This document shows, piece after piece, positions 29,796 to 38,699 of a stretch of DNA of 64,000 nucleotides. Numbering within the stretch: the stretch's first letter is position 1; each line of letters starts with the position of its first letter. The stretch spans positions 3,543,812 to 3,607,811 of the forward strand of contig OY771587.1 of NCBI GenBank assembly GCA_963674825.1, read 5' to 3'. This DNA comes from Candidatus Cloacimonadales bacterium. Its GTDB lineage: Bacteria > Cloacimonadota > Cloacimonadia > Cloacimonadales > JAIOQZ01. Below the pieces are notes generated by a model, which searched no databases, was not told the origin of the DNA, and saw nothing but the letters and a program-made list of their open reading frames with translations. The translations under genes and the position numbers were made by a program.

Positions 29796-31997
29796 ATGAA
29801 TCGCGTATTGATCATCGAAGACGAATCCAGCATGAGGGATCTCTACAAGAGCCTGCTGGAAGACCAGTTTTATGAACTGTCGGAAGCGGAGAACGGCACG
29901 CAAGCGCTCGAAATGGCGAAAGAAGAGCCGTACGACCTCTATATAACCGATATCATGATGCCCAAGATGAGCGGAATGGAATTCCTTCGTGAGCTTAAAA
30001 AAGCCGACCCCAACGCGCATGTGATCATCGTCACCGGCTACGACGACATCTCGTACAACCGCAAGGCAATCGAATATGGCGCTTGGCGGTATCTGGTCAA
30101 GCCGGTCTCACGCGGAGAGTTTCTCAACGTCGTACGCATGGGTCTGATCGAACATAACAAGCTCGTAGATCCCGATTTCATGGATTTCGAACAAGTTCCG
30201 CAGCCAGTGCCTGAACCTGATAGCGAGTCTACCTCTGATTCAGCTCCGGAAGCTGAGCCTGAAGGAATCCTGGCGAATGAGCCGCTCCTCAAGGATATCA
30301 CCTTTAAAAAGCTCGAACAGCTCAACGCCGAAGACGCCCTGGATATCTACCGTGAGAGCGAAGAAGACTTCCTCGAATTCGTTGAAATGCCACTCCAGCA
30401 ACTTCTGGAAGAGATCGCGAATCAGCTACCCGAGTACATGCAATCCGTTCTAGAATCTGAAGAAAAGCTCTTCGAGCCGATTGTTCGTAAGCAAATGAAG
30501 AAAGAATTTGCCGTAAACTATTATTATGGCGCATTTTACCCGAAGGGTGGCAACAAGAGTCAGGACGGGCAACTCTATGTGGCCATCAACGAAGATCGCT
30601 TCGAGTATGGTTTCATCATCGGAGAATACGGCGACGATCAGCGGCTTGTATTCATTGGCAACCTTCGCAATCATAAGGACCAATTGGTCGAGGATCTCGA
30701 AGACATCGTAAAGGATAGCTCCATTACGATGGGCTCACTTCTGGCAAAGCTCATGGATGCTGGTGAGATTGATCAGGATGAGATGACTCCCATCCTTTCT
30801 ACGCCGAACAGCAGTCCCGGCGGTACGCATGCTTGCTATCAAATTCCGCGAGAGAAGGCAATCACTTATACGCTTGAATCAATGGTTGAGTTGGTTCTCG
30901 CCGGTTTTATTAAACTCTATCCTCTCCTGGTTCTAACGACCGGCAGCGATGCTCTGGAGAAGCTGAATCGGTCATCCAGCTTTATCCCATCGCAGGAAGA
31001 GCTCGAATCCTGGTTGGAGAAAGAAATAACAACCGACACCTTTCAACAACAGGCACAACCCCAACTCCAGCCCAGACCTGCCAGTATTACCGAGTTCCCA
31101 GCTGTCGAGACGCGTGAACCTGAGCCGTCAAGGCCAATTGTGCACGTTCCGGAGAGAAGATACGAGCCTCCAGCAGCGAGAATAGAGCCGGTTTACGAAA
31201 GCAGTTTTCTATTCTATCAGCCACGTTTTCTAGCTGACGAAGAACCAATTATCCCCGAACCTCCAGCTCGCTGGAAATCACTTCTCAAACGCCGTCATCA
31301 GATATTCCTGCGCGGTGGATCAGATGTCCAGTACATGGCCGAAAACCTCGCACGGTTGATGATCAAAGATACTCAGGGCTTCCGTGACACACTCATTTTG
31401 CATCCGTCTTTGAAATACAGCGATCTGGTCAGACAACCGAAATCAATCTATCCGGACGGCTTTATGCCGTTGTTCTTTGAGGCAGCCGGCAATACCGAAG
31501 AACCCTGTGTGTTGATTCTGAACCACTTCGATACCAGCGATCAGCTTGAAATCCTGGGAGAATACATCTATTTGCTTCAAAATCGCGGAACCAAGCTTTC
31601 CATCACCCGTTCCAGCGAATTCCTTGTCGTGCCTAAAAACGTATATCTGATCGCGACCGGTAACGGCCCAATCGAAGACACGCGCGTGAGGGAGGTCTTC
31701 CCCACTATCGAATACAAACCCGATTATACGATCCTTGGCAACTACCTGCCAGACGAAAAGGCAATGGATTTGCTCAGCTTGCTGCAAGAGCTTTTCAACA
31801 TGCAGCCAGAGCTGGAAAACGCGATCGGAGTTCAGCCGTTCCTGCGTGAGCGCGATGAGCTTGAAGAACTGATGCCAGATATCTGGGACATCGACATCCT
31901 GCCACTTTTTACCGCAACACTCCAGCAGAACGGCCTGAAACCTTCCGAATACAACTGGGAAAGGCTCGTTGAAACCAAGCTATCGAGCTGGAAATAA
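29796..31997 (+). CDS. Response-regulator receiver domain fused to a long output region ending in a McrB-like AAA+ domain with degenerate Walker motifs
   Basis: REC: VLIIEDE...DLYITDIMMPKMSG...VTGY...YLVKP. The C-terminus aligns by eye to McrB-type motifs with the P-loop replaced (FLRGGSDVQY) and Walker B replaced (LILNHFD), followed by NVYLIATGN. Confidence 0.65.
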   Translation: MNRVLIIEDESSMRDLYKSLLEDQFYELSEAENGTQALEMAKEEPYDLYITDIMMPKMSGMEFLRELKKADPNAHVIIVTGYDDISYNRKAIEYGAWRYLVKPVSRGEFLNVVRMGLIEHNKLVDPDFMDFEQVPQPVPEPDSESTSDSAPEAEPEGILANEPLLKDITFKKLEQLNAEDALDIYRESEEDFLEFVEMPLQQLLEEIANQLPEYMQSVLESEEKLFEPIVRKQMKKEFAVNYYYGAFYPKGGNKSQDGQLYVAINEDRFEYGFIIGEYGDDQRLVFIGNLRNHKDQLVEDLEDIVKDSSITMGSLLAKLMDAGEIDQDEMTPILSTPNSSPGGTHACYQIPREKAITYTLESMVELVLAGFIKLYPLLVLTTGSDALEKLNRSSSFIPSQEELESWLEKEITTDTFQQQAQPQLQPRPASITEFPAVETREPEPSRPIVHVPERRYEPPAARIEPVYESSFLFYQPRFLADEEPIIPEPPARWKSLLKRRHQIFLRGGSDVQYMAENLARLMIKDTQGFRDTLILHPSLKYSDLVRQPKSIYPDGFMPLFFEAAGNTEEPCVLILNHFDTSDQLEILGEYIYLLQNRGTKLSITRSSEFLVVPKNVYLIATGNGPIEDTRVREVFPTIEYKPDYTILGNYLPDEKAMDLLSLLQELFNMQPELENAIGVQPFLRERDELEELMPDIWDIDILPLFTATLQQNGLKPSEYNWERLVETKLSSWK

Positions 31998-33167
31998 GTT
32001 CACTTTCACCAGATTGATTTCTTCTACTTCACCATTTACGAGACGTGTAAGCTTCAGTTCTTTTACGCTGGGATCATCAATCCACTCCTGGATCTGGTGA
32101 TTATCGAGCGCTGTAGCTTCTAATCCATTGATCGTCAGAATTTCATCTTCTGGATTGATACCAGCCAGATCAGCGGGAGATCCTTCCCAGACTCCTCGTA
32201 CAATGAGCTTGTCCAATCGTCTAATAATACTCACGCCTGTTGAGAAGGATAGAGATTGCTCGATCGGATCAGTCTCTTGCAGCAGAACCATGCGGTTGGG
32301 ATAATCCAGTGTGGTTCGGTAGTCGTCCAGGAAGTGCTTACCAATGAGCATGGTGCCCTCATCAAGCATGTTTGGCAGATCGGCGAAGAGAACCGGGACA
32401 TCCTTCAGCACTTTGTCGCCGATACGAATCTCATCAATCAGAGCGAGCGCGTTGCGCTGCTGCTCCGTAAATGGCCACTTCGCGAAGAATCCCTTTGCTT
32501 TCATTACCCTGGCATCCGGAAACTTCTCGAGGAGTTCGTACGGTAAAACAAAGGCGTGATTCAGCCCGGTGTCGATCATACCATTGAGCTTCATCTTGCT
32601 GTTGACCTTCGTTTGCACTGTAGGGAAATAGGGCGCGATGATCTTCATTTTAAGCAGCAAATCACCCTGGTTCTCTTTGGTAAGCTTGGATGGATTGCGG
32701 AAGGTGATTTCATTTCGGTTGTAATCGAACGTGACCTGGAAGAAGCGCAGGAAATCGGATCCGAGCATTCCATCGAGCTTGATATTGCTGATCTTGAAGG
32801 TATCGCCAAATGGCATAACTGCGGCTTTGAGGTTGCGCACTTCGACGCCGTTCAGTCGGATGCTTTCAACTTTGGCCAGCGAAACCCCTTCTTGTGGAGT
32901 TGCATGCAGTTCGAGGTTCAAGGTATCCGCCACTTCACGCCCGATCATGGTCATGCCTCCAGTATCCAGCACGATTGGAATTTCGCGGCCATTGAATTCG
33001 GGATGCAACGTGATAACATGCGCTGAATTCAATTCGAACGGCACGAGTTTCTCGCCGTCCAGAGGGCTCACTTCTCCACCCTTAGCCTGTTCAACAAGTT
33101 TTACTTTTACGTCACTGCACCCCATCATGCTAACGAGTAAAAGGATCATTAAAATTATAAGTCTCAT
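31980..33167 (-). CDS. Lipoprotein: tandem retropepsin-like aspartyl protease domains plus C-terminal PDZ domain
   Basis: Lipobox MMGC-S. Two D(T/S)G sites (VLDTGGMTMIG and MIDTGLNHAFV). PDZ-like GVWEGSPADLAGINPEDEILTINGL. Confidence 0.75.
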   Translation of the reverse strand: MRLIILMILLLVSMMGCSDVKVKLVEQAKGGEVSPLDGEKLVPFELNSAHVITLHPEFNGREIPIVLDTGGMTMIGREVADTLNLELHATPQEGVSLAKVESIRLNGVEVRNLKAAVMPFGDTFKISNIKLDGMLGSDFLRFFQVTFDYNRNEITFRNPSKLTKENQGDLLLKMKIIAPYFPTVQTKVNSKMKLNGMIDTGLNHAFVLPYELLEKFPDARVMKAKGFFAKWPFTEQQRNALALIDEIRIGDKVLKDVPVLFADLPNMLDEGTMLIGKHFLDDYRTTLDYPNRMVLLQETDPIEQSLSFSTGVSIIRRLDKLIVRGVWEGSPADLAGINPEDEILTINGLEATALDNHQIQEWIDDPSVKELKLTRLVNGEVEEINLVKVNLFPAR

Positions 33168-33781
33168 GCGTCCTCCCTATTGGGTTTGAGTAGTGTTGTC
33201 AGTAATTCGTATATATCATTCACCTGTTTGTCTATGTCCGATTCACGATCGAATGATTGGATCATTGGCAGCCCCTCGATTATCGCATGGATCATGAGAG
33301 CAAGGGTTGCTGCATCGATATCATTGCGTATGACACCTTCTCGCTGTGCTTGCTCGATCAGCAGTTTTTTAGTCTCTTCCGTTCTCTTGAAGATGCGATC
33401 AATCTTTTGGCGGATATTGTCGTTATCACGTGCAAGCGCCATACAGAGATCGTTGAATCCCATGCTGAAATCGTCAGTCTTTTCTCGATCCAGAAGGATG
33501 TTCTCAATATGATAAAACTGTGGGATAGTAATGATGAAGTATCGCATGAAATCGTGGAACGTATTTGCTTTCATAATATTCCGTTGACTCCATGCATACG
33601 CTTTTTCTTCGAAGTAATCGATCACGCTTTCGGCAAGAATCTGCTTACTTTCGAAATGGTGATAAACCGCAGGCTTGGATATCCCTACCTGTTTAGCGAT
33701 TTCATTCATGGACGTACGGTCGTATCCATACTTGAGGAATCGTTCGAGCGCGGTTCTGATAATAATCTCTTTGGTATCCAA
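33164..33781 (-). CDS. TetR/AcrR-family transcriptional regulator
   Basis: HTH TSMNEIAKQVGISKPAVYHHFESKQ. TTG start is preceded by AAGGAGG. The stop overlaps the protease gene start by 4 nt. Confidence 0.88.
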   Translation of the reverse strand: MDTKEIIIRTALERFLKYGYDRTSMNEIAKQVGISKPAVYHHFESKQILAESVIDYFEEKAYAWSQRNIMKANTFHDFMRYFIITIPQFYHIENILLDREKTDDFSMGFNDLCMALARDNDNIRQKIDRIFKRTEETKKLLIEQAQREGVIRNDIDAATLALMIHAIIEGLPMIQSFDRESDIDKQVNDIYELLTTLLKPNREDA

Positions 33782-33790
33782 ATCAACCTC

Positions 33791-33806
33791 CTTACCGGTA
33801 GGTAAG
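33791..33806. promoter_or_regulatory. Inverted repeat CTTACC-GGTA-GGTAAG overlapping the TetR RBS; candidate autoregulatory operator
   Basis: 6-4-6 inverted repeat read directly, 10 nt upstream of the TetR start codon. Confidence 0.3.
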
Positions 33807-33903
33807 TAATTCTGTGGCGATACTACATGTCAAGAGTTTTTATCAAACATCGTACGCTGGCTGCTATCGCCTTCGCGCCGCTCATTACTTCCCTGAATTG
33901 CAC

Positions 33904-33929
33904 AAAAAAAGGGCGAATCGCTTCGCCCT
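33904..33929 (-). terminator. Rho-independent terminator of argF
   Basis: The minus strand reads AGGGCGAA-GCGA-TTCGCCCT followed by TTTTTTT, 20 nt after the stop at 33949. Confidence 0.85.
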
Positions 33930-33948
33930 CAAGATATATACCTTCGGA

Positions 33949-34947
33949 TTAACCGAGTGTGGCAACCATCACGGCTTTGATGGTGTGCATACGGTTCTCG
34001 GCTTCCTGGAAGACGTGTGACTGAGGGCTTTCGAAGACCTCGTCAGTTACTTCCATTTCAGTGATTCCGAATTTCTCGAAGATTTCCTTACCGACTTTGG
34101 TATCGGTATTGTGGAATGAAGGCAGGCAGTGCAGGAAGATGGTTCCCGGTTTACCGGTCTTGTTCATGAGTTCGCGGTTGATCTGATACGGTTTGAGCAG
34201 AGTGATACGCTCTTCCCAAACTTCTGCCGGTTCGCCCATGGATACCCAGACGTCGGTGTAGATTACGTCTGCGCCTTTGACGCCCTCAGCGGTGTCGTCG
34301 GTGACGGTGATCTTCGCGCCGGTTTCTTTGGCGATTTCCTGGCATTTGAGGAGCAGTTCGGCATTCGGCTGAAGGCTCTTGGGGCCCACAGCGCGGAAGT
34401 CCATACCCATCTTGGCTGCGCCAACCATCAGCGAGTTGCAAACGTTGTTGCGAGCGTCTCCGACATATGCGAATACGATGTCTTCATAGGGTTTGCGCAG
34501 GCATTCGTGCGCGGTGAGGAAGTCAGCCAGAACCTGCGTCGGATGAAATTCGTCGGTCAGTCCGTTCCAAACGGGGACGCCTGCGTTATCGGCGAGTTCT
34601 TCCACGATTTTCTGTCCGTAGCCGCGATATTCGATACCGTCGTACATTCCGCCCAGAACGTGCGCGGTGTCTTTCATGGTCTCTTTATGTCCGATCTGGC
34701 TTCCCGAAGGTCCCAGATAGGTTACGTGTGCACCCTGATCGTACGCTGCCACTTCAAATGCGCAGCGAGTGCGGGTCGATGATTTCTCGAAAATAAGTGC
34801 GATGTTTTTACCGGTGAGCTGTTTCTGTTCGATACCGGCGTACTTGGCGTTTTTCAGGTCCCTTGAAAGGTCCAGCAAAAAGCGGATTTCTCTCGGCGTA
34901 AAATCCAGCAGGGTCAAGAAATGCCTGTTTTTCAGGTTGAAAGCCAT
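33949..34947 (-). CDS. argF: Ornithine carbamoyltransferase
   Basis: ATG at 34947 is preceded by AAGGAGGAG. Motifs [17 protein letters not shown] and HCLP are present. The ORF-track upstream extension lacks an RBS. Confidence 0.95.
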   Translation of the reverse strand: MAFNLKNRHFLTLLDFTPREIRFLLDLSRDLKNAKYAGIEQKQLTGKNIALIFEKSSTRTRCAFEVAAYDQGAHVTYLGPSGSQIGHKETMKDTAHVLGGMYDGIEYRGYGQKIVEELADNAGVPVWNGLTDEFHPTQVLADFLTAHECLRKPYEDIVFAYVGDARNNVCNSLMVGAAKMGMDFRAVGPKSLQPNAELLLKCQEIAKETGAKITVTDDTAEGVKGADVIYTDVWVSMGEPAEVWEERITLLKPYQINRELMNKTGKPGTIFLHCLPSFHNTDTKVGKEIFEKFGITEMEVTDEVFESPQSHVFQEAENRMHTIKAVMVATLG

Positions 34948-35156
34948 ACACTCCTCCTTGGATTGATTGACGTCAAACTTCCTGTTTAACGATAGATGGC
35001 AAGAAAAATCTTGTGCGTTATCATGCGTTTGGAAAATGTGTTCGGTGGTTACCCTCTCCAAACTTCTAAATGTTTGGATAGCGTCTGATAAACTTCCGAC
35101 AATATAGTACCCTCTGAATCTGATCAAGGCGATGCAATGGTACTTATATTGTTGGG

Positions 35157-35162
35157 TATAAT
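35157..35162 (+). promoter_or_regulatory. Candidate -10 box (TATAAT) for the ABC-F gene
   Basis: Perfect TATAAT 16 nt upstream of the ATG at 35178. No convincing -35, and the leader would be very short. Confidence 0.3.
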
Positions 35163-35177
35163 AAAAAGGAAATTGCT

Positions 35178-37067
35178 ATGAGTCTTGTACAAGTATCGGG
35201 GCTGACGCACCATTTCGGTGGTTTCACCCTGTTCGATAATCTATCGCTCTCCATCGAGCATAACACCCGCATCGGGCTGGTGGGGCGCAACGGAAGCGGA
35301 AAGACCACTTTGCTGGAAATGATCTTGGGTCGCATGACACCCACGGATGGAAAGCCGCAGGTCGCCAATCGCTGCCGAATCGCATACCTTACTCAGGAAC
35401 CCGAATTACCAGAAGACCAGACCGTCTATCAGTACGTGTCCGGCGCAAGACAGGATATTCTCGATCTGCATCAGGAAATTCGCGATACAGAGCATGCGCT
35501 GGCGGAGGACAACACCACCGAAAACCAGATCCGTCTGGCGGAGCTCAACGATCACTTTCTCGCACTTGACGGATTCGGCTACGAAAACCAGCTCGAGATC
35601 GTTCTGACCAAGCTCAATTTGTTGCGTCCTCTTTGGGATCGCAAAATCGGGCTGCTCAGTGGTGGCGAAAAGACTCGCACCCAGCTTGCACGCATCCTTC
35701 TGGAACCTTTTGATTTGCTCCTCATGGACGAGCCCACCAATCATCTCGATTTTAGCATGATCTTCTGGCTGGAGAAATACCTGCCGTCTCTGGGCAAGCC
35801 ATATCTCATCATCAGCCACGACCGCCATTTCCTGGACGCGACGGTCACCAAGATCGGCGAAATCCGCGAGAAGCGGCTCTTCCTCTACGGTGGAAACTAC
35901 TCGCAGTACGAGTTCGAGAAGAATCGTCAGGAGGAGACACAGCTCAAGCAGTTCAAGCAGCAACAGAAGCTGATCGCCAAGACCGAGGATTTCATCCGCA
36001 AGAATATGGCCGGCCAAAAGGTGCAGCAGGCGAAATCTCGCCTCAGGATGCTGGAAAAGATGGATCGGATCGAGAAACCGATGACCGAATCGGTCGTCAA
36101 ACTGCGCATCGACAGCCAGGGGCGTAGCGGTAACGACGTTTTCCGGATGGATAACTGTAGAATCGGCTTCCCGAATCTCACACTTGCAGACAAGGTCGAT
36201 CTCAACGTCTTCTACCAGGATCGCATCGCCATCATCGGGCGAAATGGAAGCGGTAAGACGACACTCCTGAGAACCCTCATCGGAGAGCAGAATATCCTCG
36301 GCGGCAAGCTCTATCGTGGAGCCAGCCTCAATATCGGATATTACGACCAGATGCATATCAACCTCACCAACGGCAAGACCATTCGCGAGACCATATGGGA
36401 ACTTATGCCCGGCGCGCCACAGGGTGAGGTGATCGGTTATCTTGCGCGTTTCGGCTTCTACGGCGACGCGCTTGAGAAGATGGTGGACGTGCTGAGTGGT
36501 GGTGAGAAGGCAAGGCTCTATCTTTCCGTGCTGATCATGCAAAAACCCAACCTGCTCATACTCGACGAGCCCACCAACCACCTGGATATCCTCACAGTAG
36601 GTAATCTCGAAAAAGCGCTTCAGGATTATACCGGCACCGTGATCTTCGTCTCGCACGACCTCACCTTCGTGGAGAACGTTGCCACCCGTAAATGGTTCTT
36701 CGGCGGTGGCAAGGTAGAAGAGACTGAGCTTTCCATTCAGGAACTCTTCGATCTCGAGCGGAAAGTCGATAAGAAGACTGACCGTTCCGACAAGACGCAG
36801 CGAACCAATCCGCGCAAGGCTCGAACCAACCCCATCGTGCTCGAACGTCTGATGGACGAGATCGACGAGAAGGGAATCGAGATTCAGAATAAACGGGATC
36901 AGCTCCACGAGAAGGAGATTACTTACGCCGATCCTTCTACTTACAGCGATTCCGAGAAAATCAGGACGCTCCAGGTGGAAATCAACGACCTCAAGGTCGA
37001 GATCGAACGGCTGTCTCTGGAGAAAGAAGAAATGGAAGATCGATACCTCGAGATGAGTAGCGAATAA
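35178..37067 (+). CDS. ABC-F family ATPase (two NBDs, no TM domain, C-terminal coiled coil)
   Basis: Two Walker A motifs (GRNGSGKTTLL twice), two signatures (LSGGEKTR, LSGGEKAR), an inter-domain linker and a charged C-terminal tail. Confidence 0.92.
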   Translation: MSLVQVSGLTHHFGGFTLFDNLSLSIEHNTRIGLVGRNGSGKTTLLEMILGRMTPTDGKPQVANRCRIAYLTQEPELPEDQTVYQYVSGARQDILDLHQEIRDTEHALAEDNTTENQIRLAELNDHFLALDGFGYENQLEIVLTKLNLLRPLWDRKIGLLSGGEKTRTQLARILLEPFDLLLMDEPTNHLDFSMIFWLEKYLPSLGKPYLIISHDRHFLDATVTKIGEIREKRLFLYGGNYSQYEFEKNRQEETQLKQFKQQQKLIAKTEDFIRKNMAGQKVQQAKSRLRMLEKMDRIEKPMTESVVKLRIDSQGRSGNDVFRMDNCRIGFPNLTLADKVDLNVFYQDRIAIIGRNGSGKTTLLRTLIGEQNILGGKLYRGASLNIGYYDQMHINLTNGKTIRETIWELMPGAPQGEVIGYLARFGFYGDALEKMVDVLSGGEKARLYLSVLIMQKPNLLILDEPTNHLDILTVGNLEKALQDYTGTVIFVSHDLTFVENVATRKWFFGGGKVEETELSIQELFDLERKVDKKTDRSDKTQRTNPRKARTNPIVLERLMDEIDEKGIEIQNKRDQLHEKEITYADPSTYSDSEKIRTLQVEINDLKVEIERLSLEKEEMEDRYLEMSSE

Positions 37068-37083
37068 AAGAGGTTCGTGTACG

Positions 37084-38049
37084 ATGAAAAAAATAGGATT
37101 TACCTCGTCATTCCCGGTTGAAACCGTCTTTGCGGCCGGTATGAAGCCGGTTGATCTGAACAATATCTTCATCACCGGCAAGGCGGCCGGATTCGTAGAA
37201 TCGGCAGAGTTCGACGGCTTTCCAAGAAACGTCTGCGCCTGGATCAAGGGACTCTATTCTGTGGGTAGAAGTGAGTTCGATACCATCGTGGGAATCACCG
37301 GTGGCGACTGCTCCAACACCCATTCACTCATGAGTCTGTACCAGGAGCACGGCGTCGAAGTCATCCCATTCTCTTTTCCTTACGAGAAGAACCGAGAAGA
37401 ATTGGATCGTGAAATCAGCCGTCTGGAAGCCAGATTCGGAATCGATAGAATGCAGACCGAGTTTGCCAAACAAAGGCTCGACAAGATTCGCAAACGGCTC
37501 ATCGAACTTGATCGCATGACCTGGCAGGATGGCGTGGTTACCGGCTGTGAAAACCACTTCTGGCTGGTCAATTCCTCTGATTTCGAAGGTGATCCAGACG
37601 ATTTCGAGACTCGCCTGAACGAATTCATCGTGCTGGCCGCGCGACGCAAACCGGAAAAGGATCGCGTTCGTCTCGGATTCATCGGCGTCCCCCCTATTAT
37701 CGACGATCTGTACGACTTCCTGGAAAAAAACGGTGCTCGTATCGTTTTCAACGAGGTGCAACGGCAATTTGCAATGCCATATCTGGAAGAGGATATCCTC
37801 GATCAATACCTACACTACACCTATCCGTACACGGTTTTCGACAGGCTTCAGGACATTACTCAGGAGATTGAGCGCCGTAAACTTGACGGCATCATAAGCT
37901 ACACGCAGGCATTCTGTCACAGACAGATCGACAACATCGTCCTCAAACGCCACATCGATATCCCGACGCTGACCCTGGAAGCTGACCGCCCCGGTAGCCT
38001 GGATTCGCAGGCACGTCTCCGCATCGAAAGCTTTCTGGAGATGCTCTGA
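37084..38049 (+). CDS. 2-hydroxyacyl-CoA dehydratase / BcrC-BadD-HgdB family subunit
   Basis: Size and motifs (GITGGDCSNTHS..., ISYTQAFCHRQ..., C-terminal RLRIESFLEML) are typical of the HgdB-like family. No partner subunit or activator is adjacent. Confidence 0.65.
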   Translation: MKKIGFTSSFPVETVFAAGMKPVDLNNIFITGKAAGFVESAEFDGFPRNVCAWIKGLYSVGRSEFDTIVGITGGDCSNTHSLMSLYQEHGVEVIPFSFPYEKNREELDREISRLEARFGIDRMQTEFAKQRLDKIRKRLIELDRMTWQDGVVTGCENHFWLVNSSDFEGDPDDFETRLNEFIVLAARRKPEKDRVRLGFIGVPPIIDDLYDFLEKNGARIVFNEVQRQFAMPYLEEDILDQYLHYTYPYTVFDRLQDITQEIERRKLDGIISYTQAFCHRQIDNIVLKRHIDIPTLTLEADRPGSLDSQARLRIESFLEML

Positions 38050-38064
38050 TTCCATATTGATCGG

Positions 38065-38110
38065 TCATTTTGAATGATTCACTCATTTTGAACGAATCAC
38101 TCATTTTGAC
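38065..38110. repeat. 18-bp tandem repeat TCATTTTGAAYGAWTCAC, about 2.6 copies
   Basis: Read directly, starting 16 nt after the stop at 38049. Confidence 0.8.
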
Positions 38111-38272
38111 CGCTCGCCCCTGAAACACTCCTATATTACTGCACAATAGCGTCTTACAACTATATCCAGGTAATCGTCTGTTTTGGCATCACTAATGCGA
38201 TATACTGATTCTGTATTCATAATGAGGTGTAACGTGAAAAAACACAGAAACAGTATTGAACGAGGTGGTTAC

Positions 38273-38455
38273 ATGCAAATTGATAACACAACATACGCTT
38301 GCGATGTTTCAATCGACGCGGAAGAATTCTACAATGTCCGCCTGATTCCGGATGTGCAACAGGCTGAAACCAGGCTTTTTGAAATTAATTATCCGGATAC
38401 TGCTCAGTCTATGAATCTGCGCGGAACAGGATTACCGCGCGTGAATCGTATATAA
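38273..38455 (+). CDS. Possible 60-aa hypothetical protein
   Basis: ATG at 38273 is preceded by GAGGTGG. No homology recognised, and it sits in an AT-rich intergenic region. Confidence 0.25.
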   Translation: MQIDNTTYACDVSIDAEEFYNVRLIPDVQQAETRLFEINYPDTAQSMNLRGTGLPRVNRI

Positions 38456-38639
38456 AGATATTTATCCCGGAATCTCCGACATATTTTATCCATCCTCCTT
38501 ATCAACTATTCATTAAATTACTTATAAACTGCATTGATTCAATAAGATAAAAAACGCGCCCTACATTACAGATTATTTCATGCATAAAATGAGACTCACT
38601 CACTATTAATATATACACGACCTACTCGGTGGATTATTC

Positions 38640-38669
38640 TTGACAGACGCTTCACGAATTTCATATTTA
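38640..38669 (+). promoter_or_regulatory. Sigma70-like promoter candidate for the MCP gene
   Basis: TTGACA-N18-TATTTA, 31 nt upstream of the ATG at 38700. Confidence 0.35.
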
Positions 38670-38699
38670 TTATATTTCGTTGATGAACAGGAGGCTCCT

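Noticed and set aside
35406-37247. 613-aa ORF on the minus strand
   Set aside because: It is entirely antisense to the ABC-F gene, which has canonical Walker and signature motifs. The antisense translation is low-complexity with no motifs and no RBS. It is a shadow ORF.
37943-38146. 67-aa minus-strand ORF containing SDSFKMSESFKM
   Set aside because: The peptide repeat is simply the translation of the 18-bp tandem DNA repeat. The ORF overlaps the end of the dehydratase-subunit gene and has no RBS.
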